Origin: an uncultured Acidobacteriaceae bacterium
GTDB taxonomy: Bacteria > Acidobacteriota > Terriglobia > Terriglobales > Acidobacteriaceae
Reading direction: 5' to 3'
Assembly (NCBI GenBank): GCA_963781245.1
Contig: CAWAFB010000026.1
Coordinates: forward strand, 17,304-81,303
DNA length: 64,000 bases
A program made the translations under genes and the position numbers. The notes beneath the pieces are model-generated. The model had not been told where the DNA came from, did no database searches, and saw nothing but the letters and a program-made list of their open reading frames with translations. Of this stretch, positions 38,814 through 46,339 are shown one piece after another. Within the stretch, counting starts at the first letter, position 1; each line of letters opens with the position of its first letter.

Positions 38814-39464
38814 GCGCGAAAGACGTGGATTCTAATCCCGGCCTCGCAATTGCAGCAAGCATATTGCTACTTAGCATGATCAGTATTTCGATATTTTGCA
38901 GATTCTGGGCGGATCTGAAAGAAGGGTCGTCAACACGGGGACATATATGGGTGATCCCTCTAGCCTCGGGTGGTGTGGCTCTCTCTGTCGTACGGGGCAG
39001 GCGCGGTCAGCGCCAAGGGTTCGAGCCACCCTCGGTTCCGGTATCTGAAAGCGGGAATGGCGTGTCCGCGAAAGGCACGAGGCGGCCGAGTTCCTCGGGA
39101 CTATGCTCCTAGTAATTTTTCTCGCGCCGCCTGTCACTTATGCCAGTTCCAGAAAACCGAACGGACGCATAGGCTCGCGTCACGATGTCTGGTTCTTCGC
39201 CTTACGTTCATCCGGACTCAATTGACGGTACACCGCTCACCTCGCGATGAATGGACAGTGGCTGCTCTTTCAGAGTCACTACGACTCGGGTTGATGACCA
39301 GATCCCTGAGAGGAACAGATGGTCCACTTGATGCGCTTCCTAATAGTGATGGCTTCCGTGATCTCGTTATTTGTCCTGAGTCCGCGGCAAGCAGAAAGAA
39401 TGTCGCGACGCGCATTGAAGGGCACTGCTAGTCCGCAAGCCGGCAGTGCTGCTCAAAAAGAAAG

Positions 39465-39980
39465 GTGACGATCATGAGAACGAAAATTGCGCTGTGCGCA
39501 ATGCTGGTTTGCCTCACGTTCACGATTGCCTTCGGGCAACAGGTTTCAGTCAACTACGACCACAGCCAGAGCTTCGCGCCGTATCACACGTACGCCTTTG
39601 AAAACAATGACCCGAATCAAATTGCCAACTCTATCCTCGCGCAGGCAGCGTTGAGCGATGTCAATGCCGCACTTCAGGGCAAAGGCCTGAGCAAGGTTGA
39701 ACTATCTGCCAATCCCGACCTGGTCCTGCTCGTGAGCGGAGGGCTCAGACAGCAGACCTCCTATAGTGCCTGGGGTATGCGGGGCTTTGGCGGCGGCATG
39801 GGCGGAATCAGCCCCGAGCAAAATGTCGAGGGAACACTGATCGTCAGCCTCTATGACGCGAAGCAGAAGACGCTGGTCTGGCGCGGGATAGGTCAGAATA
39901 CTTTGGGCAACAACGGCAATAAGAACCAGCAGATGGTAGATAAAGCCGTGCAGAAGATGTTCAAGCAGTGGCCAAAGTGA
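39465..39980 (+). CDS. DUF4136-like lipoprotein
   Basis: Signal peptide (the start is more likely ATG 39474). ...VNYDHSQSFAPYHTYAF...GTLIVSLYDAKQKTLVWRG pattern. Confidence 0.6.
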   Translation: MTIMRTKIALCAMLVCLTFTIAFGQQVSVNYDHSQSFAPYHTYAFENNDPNQIANSILAQAALSDVNAALQGKGLSKVELSANPDLVLLVSGGLRQQTSYSAWGMRGFGGGMGGISPEQNVEGTLIVSLYDAKQKTLVWRGIGQNTLGNNGNKNQQMVDKAVQKMFKQWPK

Positions 39981-40010
39981 GCAGAACATCGACGGGTGGA
40001 GACCTGGCAG

Positions 40011-40386
40011 ATGACAGCAAGAGTCCTGGCCGCGCTGTCGGCTGCCCTTGAGGTGGCGACTGGAGTTGCCTTGATCCGCCAATCCTGACCTTGTAGCCCG
40101 TGTGCTTTTAGGTGTGGGTATAACGGGTGGCGGCATTGAGGTTGGTCGTGTAGGCGGCTTCGCGCTGATTTCCCTGGGACTGGCATGTTGGCCGAGAGGG
40201 AGCGACGCAGGCGTCCAGGTCATTTGGGTTCTGCTCACCTACAACCTGCTCGCCGCGCTTTACCATGGCTATCTCAGAATTGGCGGGAGTTTCGTCAACT
40301 ATCTGCTATGGCCGGCTTTTGCACTTCATGCCTTGCTGGCGCTTCTGCTGACGCGCCCGGCATTGAGAGTCGGCAGGAGTAGCTAA
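40011..40386 (+). pseudogene. small hydrophobic membrane protein interrupted by an apparent +1 frameshift near 40075-40086
   Basis: ATG 40011 encodes MTARVLAALSAALEVATGVALI and then stops at 40086. The +1 frame continues ANPDLVARVLLGVGITGGGIEVGRVGGFALISLGLACWP... to 40386. Confidence 0.4.
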
Positions 40387-40450
40387 TGTCCAGTCCGGGC
40401 TGCCAAAGGCAATTGGCTAAATGTAGTTATCGATCGAAAGGAACACGGTC

Positions 40451-41377
40451 ATGAGGGAAACAAGGATTCGAAGAATCACATTATTCGCGACAGCCTCACT
40501 GGCGGCGATCCTGCTGCTTGCTGGCACGGCTGTTGCCCAAAGCAACCAGATCCAGGGAGTGATCAATGGGCGCAATGGCGCCACCATGACCGTTCAGACT
40601 CAAGACATGGGAAACGTGGTCGTCGTTCTCACACTCGACACCGAGGTGGAAGACGTATCGGGCCTATTCCATGCTCGCAGGAAGCAAATGGGACTGACCG
40701 TTCTGGAGCCCGGTCTCCAGGTACAGGTACAGGGGAATTACAACGCCCAGAATCAGTTGGTAGCGAACACCGTCAAGTTCAATGGCAAGAACCTGCAGGC
40801 CGCTACCGACATTCAGGCCGGCGTGGCTCCGGTGGAGCAGCAGACGCAGCAACAGCAACAGGAACTGGCCCAACAACAGGCGAAGCTGCAGCAGCAACAG
40901 GCGCAACTGACGGCGGAGCAGCAACAGCAAGCGGCCAACGAGGCGAAGATCGCCGCCAACAAGGCCGCCATCGCCGCCGTCAACAAACGCTTTGGCGAGT
41001 TGGCTGATTACAACATCTGGGGTGAGGCCACGGTTTACTTCGGCAACGGCAAGGTCACGGTTGACCCGCAATATGACGGCCAATTGCTGGCACTGTGCCA
41101 GAAGGCCATGGCCGTCACCGGCTATGTGATTCAGGTAAAAGGCTACGCATCCGCCGTTGGCTCTGCGGCTTTGAACCAGAAGCTGAGCCAGGAGCGGGCT
41201 GCCAACGTCACCGAGTTTCTGGAGCAGCAGGGCCAGATTCCATTGACCAATATCCTGGCTCCTGGCGCGATGGGCACCAGTAGGCAGGTCGCCCCCGACA
41301 CTACGGCAGAAGGTCAAGCGGAGAATCGGCGCGTCGTGGTCAGGATTCTGCAGAACAAGGGCATAGCGGGAACGTAA
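40451..41377 (+). CDS. OmpA-family protein with an N-terminal DUF5666-like beta domain and a Gln-rich coiled coil
   Basis: C-terminal OmpA/MotB-like block (VKGYASAVGSAALNQKLSQERAANV...NRRVVVRIL). The central stretch QQTQQQQQELAQQQAKLQQQQAQLTAEQQQQ is Gln-rich. Confidence 0.75.
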   Translation: MRETRIRRITLFATASLAAILLLAGTAVAQSNQIQGVINGRNGATMTVQTQDMGNVVVVLTLDTEVEDVSGLFHARRKQMGLTVLEPGLQVQVQGNYNAQNQLVANTVKFNGKNLQAATDIQAGVAPVEQQTQQQQQELAQQQAKLQQQQAQLTAEQQQQAANEAKIAANKAAIAAVNKRFGELADYNIWGEATVYFGNGKVTVDPQYDGQLLALCQKAMAVTGYVIQVKGYASAVGSAALNQKLSQERAANVTEFLEQQGQIPLTNILAPGAMGTSRQVAPDTTAEGQAENRRVVVRILQNKGIAGT

Positions 41378-41961
41378 CAGTCACGTCGTCGCTAACCCTC
41401 GCGTGTTTACGGTGATCCGTGAAGCGAGCGTAGCTTCGTAGCGAGTCCTCGATGACGGTCGGTTTCGATCGGATAGTCACGAATTGGTCACGGTTGCCGC
41501 GTTCCAGGGGCGGCACAGCCGACGGGGCGCTCAATGGCAATCACGAGGCACAACTTTGGGTACACCTACGAATGCTTCCGGCATTGCTGGCAACATGCCC
41601 CGGGAGAGTCATTGCCAGTTGAATCCAGAGTTGAACAAGGTGGATCTTCACCAGGCTGGAGGATTCCATGCGTTTCACTGGGCTAGTTGCTCTTGCTCTT
41701 CTGCGGACCTTGCCCAAAAGATAGGCCGCGCGAGGGTCGCTCAGGCGGTGCTTTTCATTTGGGGCTGAAAAGATGGCGGTTGGAGCGTTATCTACAGGCG
41801 CCACCCGGAACGCACGACCAGGCTACCTCATTGGGAACAGGCCCTAACTGAACCACCTTGATGTTCCGAGTTCGCAATTGTTAAGTCAAGGGTCTGAACA
41901 GTAGCCTGCCATCGTCGGACGAAAACTGAGGACTGGCTCTGACCTGACTACAGCATGGTGG

Positions 41962-41989
41962 CGATTCGGGGCTGTACCGCCTGCGCACC
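41962..41989. repeat. conserved 28-nt block distal to the island-borne tRNA (paired with 62068-62095)
   Basis: CGATTCGGGGCTGTACCGCCTGCGCACC versus CGACTCGGCGCTGTACCGCCTGTGCACC (24 of 28 identical). It contains the GGTACAG motif also found in the P arms. Confidence 0.6.
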
Positions 41990-42009
41990 TTATATATGGG
42001 AGCCCGCCC

Positions 42010-42086
42010 TGGTGGGCCCACCAGGACTCGAACCTGGAACCAAAGCATTATGAGTGCTCTGCTCTAACCGATTGAGCTATAGGCCC
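42010..42086 (-). tRNA. tRNA with anticodon CAT (Met or, more likely, lysidine-type Ile2)
   Basis: Manual fold: GGGCCTA-TA-GCTC-AATCGGTTA-GAGC-A-GAGCA-CTCATAA-TGCTT-TGGTT-CCAGG-TTCGAGT-CCTGG-TGGGCCC-A-CCA (77 nt, CCA encoded). C4-G69/C5-G68 and the UGGUU variable loop resemble tRNA-Ile2. Confidence 0.85.
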
Positions 42087-42171
42087 TTATAACCGAAACG
42101 GCCAGTTGACCGTAATCGAGCGTAAGGAAGCGTAGTCTACTCAAGTTTAGCGCAAATAAGCGAATTATGAG

Positions 42172-42320
42172 TTTCTGTCCCTCGCTGTAAGTCTATGAAA
42201 ATAAAGCCAAGCCGAGCGTAATTAAGCGTAGCCCTAAGTAGTTGAGCGACCGTAATTTAGAGCAATTTATCCAAACAGGGAAAGGCTGATGAGTGTACCG
42301 CTGCTGTACCTGCAAGTTTC
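42172..42320. repeat. arm-type repeat (P arm), homologous to 25862-26010
   Basis: It directly follows the core at 42164-42171. Same order of motifs as the copy at site A (CTGTAAGTCTATGAAAATAAAG, GAGCGTAAT iterations, GGTACAGCAGCGGTACAC on the minus strand). Confidence 0.7.
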
Positions 42321-42367
42321 ATGAATGCGGTAGTTTTCTACCGCAAATGCAGTAAGATAATACTGCA

Positions 42368-42919
42368 ATGATTTCTCTACGCTCTGAGCTGCGGCGTAAG
42401 CTTCTGACGTATTTCTACACGAATCGTTCAGCGCGTGTGTATGTCCGTCAGTTAGCGAGTGCTTTGGGCGTGGATTCAACCAATCTGTCACGCGAACTGG
42501 CACGGCTGGAGCGGGAAGGGCTCTTGCGGTCTGAGATTGAGGGCAGGCAACGCTATTACAGCATCAACTCACAGTATCCCCATCTGAAAGCTGTCTTTTC
42601 ACTTCTTCAGGGAACGATAGGCATTGTGCCAACACTCGCAACGGCCTTACATCGCGTGGAAGGCATCGAAAAGGCATACCTCTATGGTTCTTTCGCCAAG
42701 AACGAGGCCGATGCGTCCAGCGATATTGACCTGCTAATCGTGGGATATCCCGATGCGATCAGACTGGCAGCGGAAGTCTCCCGCCTGGAGAAAATACTTC
42801 ATCGGGAAGTTAGCTACACGACACTCAAGCCACAGGAACTGAAAAGAAAGCTTACGGCGCATGACCCGTTTCTTACAGATGTCTGGCAAGGAAAGCGAAT
42901 CGAGCTAATCGGCCAATGA
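42368..42919 (+). CDS. winged-HTH (ArsR-like) + nucleotidyltransferase-domain protein (MNT-like)
   Basis: N-terminal VRQLASALGVDSTNLSRELARLEREGLL, followed by the NTase motif YLYGSFAKNEADASSDIDLLIV. Confidence 0.7.
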   Translation: MISLRSELRRKLLTYFYTNRSARVYVRQLASALGVDSTNLSRELARLEREGLLRSEIEGRQRYYSINSQYPHLKAVFSLLQGTIGIVPTLATALHRVEGIEKAYLYGSFAKNEADASSDIDLLIVGYPDAIRLAAEVSRLEKILHREVSYTTLKPQELKRKLTAHDPFLTDVWQGKRIELIGQ

Positions 42920-42947
42920 ACACGAAGGCTGTCCCTCATTGGTTTTT
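42913..42947 (+). terminator. terminator-like hairpin overlapping the stop codon of the NTase gene
   Basis: CCAATGA-(16 nt)-TCATTGG followed by TTTTT. Confidence 0.55.
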
Positions 42948-42982
42948 CAGAGTTCAGGTTGTGTTGTCGGCAACCCGGACAT

Positions 42983-43840
42983 GTGCGCTGAGCAGCACAC
43001 TGTTCAGGAGGGTTGAAGTCCCTCTGGCGCTCAAATGAGGGGCGCCATATCCAAAAGCGGGGTTCGTAGCCTCGCTGGCCGGAGAGAGTGGAAGGTATGA
43101 AGACGTCTAAACGGGCACGAAGGCGAAAGCTGGATATAGCCAAGACTGATCTAGAGCCACCGCTTTGCAGTAGTCCGGAGGGCAGGGTGTCCACCGCGAG
43201 GTGGAATCTGAAGGGCATGAGGAGAAGTACCGGGCCGTAATCGATGGGGAAACCCAAGATGAACCGGTCGGCCAAAGGTGGGGCAAGGTCGAGTCTGCAT
43301 GTCTGAGACGAAGGCGTTCTCATTCACCCACCGCACCAAGGTGATTGCGGGCGGCACGGTAGGGAAGAACAGTGTGTGACCTCAGGAGAACTGACGGAGT
43401 CCCCGGGTGGCACCGGGGTAAGCAGACCTATAAGCGCAAGCGAAATGGCGAGCGACGCTCGGTCAGTAGTCGGACGGCTGAATAGTACCTCAAGCATGGC
43501 GAAAGTCATGTGACCGGGCGACCGGCGACGGAAGTGGGTCGGGGAAGGCAGCCGGCGAAGGCGGTTGGGAAGAGAAAGCCAGGCAGTGAGTAAGGACGGA
43601 AAGGTGGATCAGTTCCATGAGTGAAATACCCGTACATTTCCGCCCGAGAATACTGTCGGACTGGATTGATCCGACGGATGCGAAGAAGGTCCACTCATTA
43701 ACGAGTACCGTTAGTACCTTGATTGCATCTCGGAAGGGTGAGCCTTCGTGAAAGCTGCATGCGGGAAAACCGCACGTGCAGTTTGAGCGGCGGACGGTGG
43801 CCAGCCTCGGGGCAGCTCGATGCGCCACCTCCGACCCGAC
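42983..43840 (+). mobile_element. ORF-less group II intron-like ribozyme, copy 1 (about 858 nt)
   Basis: 5' GTGCG. Domain V is at 43752-43784 (AAGCTGCATGCGGGAAAACCGCACGTGCAGTTT, with an AGC triad position, GAAA-type loop and CGCAC bulge region). Domain VI has a bulged A at 43834, 7 nt from the 3' end ...CCGAC. There is no RT-sized ORF in any frame. Confidence 0.8.
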
Positions 43841-43957
43841 TACACCCGTTTTGGGGTAACTTCCGGGTGGACGGTTAACTGCCCAGAACCCGGTCGATGA
43901 GCGACTTGGCGATAAATCGCTCGCCGAGAACTCGCGCGACGACGGGCCTTCGAGCCC

Positions 43958-44745
43958 TCAAGCAACCTTTGGTTTCCAGCCCATCCAATCCAGTAGCCAG
44001 CGCCACGTCGCTACCTGCGTGTGCTCGGTCGGGGGCGGCAACAAGCTGCCCTTAGGGAACACAATCGGTTTTCCGCGATAGGTATTGGCCAGTTGTTTGA
44101 AGGTCCGGCCCTGCTCTTTCACGCGGCCGTCGTTGGTCAGGAGCCCCAGGTTGTACTCCAAAGGAGGGAAGAAACAAAACTTGGAATCAAGATCGTGCGT
44201 GTCCCAATAGCTGAACCAGCTCACGCCCTCATCGATCGCCGCCAGCACCGCTTTTTCGAGCCACGCGGCTTGATCCTTCTCGGAGAGTTCCTGAATACAG
44301 GTGTTGAACTCGCCTGCCCACACCGGTTTCTGCTGCGTCCCGGCATAGGAACGAATCAGCGCAGCCGTCACCGCCAGCAGCCGGACGCTCGGCGGATCCA
44401 TCGCGCCTCCGTACTTCATCGCGCCGGTCCAGTAGGGATAACTGCATTACCGGGAAACGAGCGGCGGCCAGCGCTTGCGGTGAAAACGCGACGGGAAGAG
44501 ATTGCCCCGTCGGCGTGATCGATTGGTCTTCGTACCACGAGTTAATCACTCCATTCACGTGGACGCGCCCGGGAAGAACCCCACCCGTGAGCGCGAACAT
44601 CCGCGCTTGGACTTCCTCGACAGCCGCCATTGCGTATGAATCGGCCGCTCTTCCTTCGCTTTTGCCGCATGCCGACAGATCACATCTGGATAATACTGCC
44701 CTCCAGGAGATTGCCTGAACAAAAGCGCTTCCTTTGCCCACACCC
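43958..44745 (-). pseudogene. glycoside-hydrolase-like (TIM-barrel) gene, apparently frameshifted
   Basis: The C-terminal ORF 43958-44419 contains ...VWAGEFN...WFSYWDTHD. The upstream part continues in another frame (ORF 44229-44882: ...AVEEVQARMFALTGGVLPGRVHVNGVINSWYEDQ...). The upper boundary is approximate. Confidence 0.4.
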
Positions 44746-44779
44746 TGCATCCATTCAGGACGCTGTATCAGGTTTAAGC

Positions 44780-46243
44780 ATGAAGATGCCAACAAGAAGA
44801 GAGTTCTTCCGACGAGCCGCGCAATCCGCGACGGCGGCGGTGATCGCCAGCAGTTACAGCTGCGCAGCGACACAGAGCACAACGCATCGCGTAACCCCTG
44901 GCGGTGGAAAGCCGCTCCTCGAACTGCAGCAGCGATTTGTTGATTTGCGTTTCGGCATGTTCGTGCATTTCAACATGGCCACCTTTCAGGACCGCGAATG
45001 GGGCGATCCAACATCGCCACCCGATTTGTTTCGTCCGACCGCGCTCGATACAGATCAATGGGCCGCTGCAGCGCGGTCGGCCAACATGAGCTGGGGCTGC
45101 CTGACAACGCGACATCACGATGGCTTCTGCATTTGGCCGACAAAGACCGAGGTAGCGAGCGTGGGGCAGACGTCGCGTTCGATAGATGTAGTGCGCGCCT
45201 ATGTGAATTCGTTCCGCAGGGCCGGTCTGCGGGTGGGGCTTTATTATTCGATCTTGTCACTGCGCGACGATATACGCCACTTCAACATAACTCCTGCCAA
45301 AGTAAGGTTGATCAAAAACCAGCTCACTGAGTTATTGACCAGCTACGGAGAGATCGACATCCTCATCACCGACGGATGGAATGCGCCGTGGAGCCGCATT
45401 ACGTATGAAGAGGTATCATTCGAGGAAATCTATGACCATATCAAGAACCTGCAGCCCAACTGCCTGCTCTGCGATCTCAACGCCAGTCAATATCCACCGG
45501 GCGGACTCTACTATTCCGATGTGAAGGCGTTTGAACAGAATGCCGGGCAGAAGGTTCCCGACGATAGCGATGTCCCGGCCTTGTCGTGCGTGACTCTTAC
45601 AGATGGGTGGTTCTGGAAACAGCGGGATGCGAATGGAAATCTCAAGCCGGTGGCGACCGTGGTAAACGAGTGGCTTGAGCCGCTGAATCGCAGACACTGC
45701 AACCTGATTCTGAATGCTCCTCCAACTCGGGAAGGCCGCCTCGCACCCAATGTTGTGAGCTGCTTGGAAGAGATCGGCAAAGCGTGGAAGCATCCAGGCC
45801 CAATGGCAAAACTTCGTGAGCACGTCGTGATCACAACGCGGAACCTGGCGACTGGCAAGACTATTCACGCCAATTCCTACCCCGACACCGTGGGACCGGA
45901 TGAGGCAAACGATGGAGATTTCCGCACGAGCTGGCATCTGGAAGAAGGGCAGACCTCAGGCTGGCTGGAAGTCGATCTGAAAAGGCAGGAGACCTTTAAC
46001 GTCGTCTCACTGGTGGAGCCTGTCGGAGCTTCGAACGACTATCCGGAGAGTCGCATCCGCAGTTATCGTTTCCAGCGCTGGGACGGTGCGAGATGGATCA
46101 CTCTTACAGGCGGCGAAACACCCGCACCGACAACAATCCTCCGCATTCCGCGAGTTTCATCGCAGAAGGTCCGGCTCTTGTTGGGGAGCAGCAAAGAGAT
46201 GCCCCATATTGCCGAGATTGGCGCGTATAACGAGCCTGTCTAA
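44780..46243 (+). CDS. alpha-L-fucosidase (GH29) with a C-terminal F5/8 type C (discoidin)-like domain
   Basis: Tat-like signal MKMPTRREFFRR from ATG 44780. FGMFVHFN...TTRHHDGFCIWPT is GH29-like. The C-terminal 130 aa or so look like a carbohydrate-binding module. Confidence 0.8.
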   Translation: MKMPTRREFFRRAAQSATAAVIASSYSCAATQSTTHRVTPGGGKPLLELQQRFVDLRFGMFVHFNMATFQDREWGDPTSPPDLFRPTALDTDQWAAAARSANMSWGCLTTRHHDGFCIWPTKTEVASVGQTSRSIDVVRAYVNSFRRAGLRVGLYYSILSLRDDIRHFNITPAKVRLIKNQLTELLTSYGEIDILITDGWNAPWSRITYEEVSFEEIYDHIKNLQPNCLLCDLNASQYPPGGLYYSDVKAFEQNAGQKVPDDSDVPALSCVTLTDGWFWKQRDANGNLKPVATVVNEWLEPLNRRHCNLILNAPPTREGRLAPNVVSCLEEIGKAWKHPGPMAKLREHVVITTRNLATGKTIHANSYPDTVGPDEANDGDFRTSWHLEEGQTSGWLEVDLKRQETFNVVSLVEPVGASNDYPESRIRSYRFQRWDGARWITLTGGETPAPTTILRIPRVSSQKVRLLLGSSKEMPHIAEIGAYNEPV

Positions 46244-46339
46244 TTCAATTGGCGTAAATGAATTCGTCCGGGATCCCTCGTCGATGGCCGTTCATTTTTC
46301 CATGTCAAGTCGCCTACCTCCACAGTAAGCGCGCACTAG

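Larger units (their letters stand above)
25862..42163. mobile_element. putative integrated island 1 (about 16.3 kb), bounded by core copies at 25854-25861 and 42164-42171
   Basis: Split-tRNA junction on the low side and an attP-like junction on the high side. It carries its own tRNA(CAT), integrase remnants, and seems lower in GC in places by eye. No intact integrase. Confidence 0.5.

Noticed and set aside
40664-41317. 217-aa minus-strand ORF with poly-Leu runs
   Set aside because: It is the antisense reading of the CAG/CAA-rich coiled-coil region of the OmpA-family gene.
42814-43828. ORFs 42814-43323, 43151-43357, 43324-43509 and 43490-43828 (minus strand), whose peptides recur at 62855-63832
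   Set aside because: The recurrence reflects the DNA repeat (the two group II intron-like copies), not conserved proteins. The ORFs are antisense to the ribozyme, differ in length and frame between copies, and have no RT, maturase or other motif.
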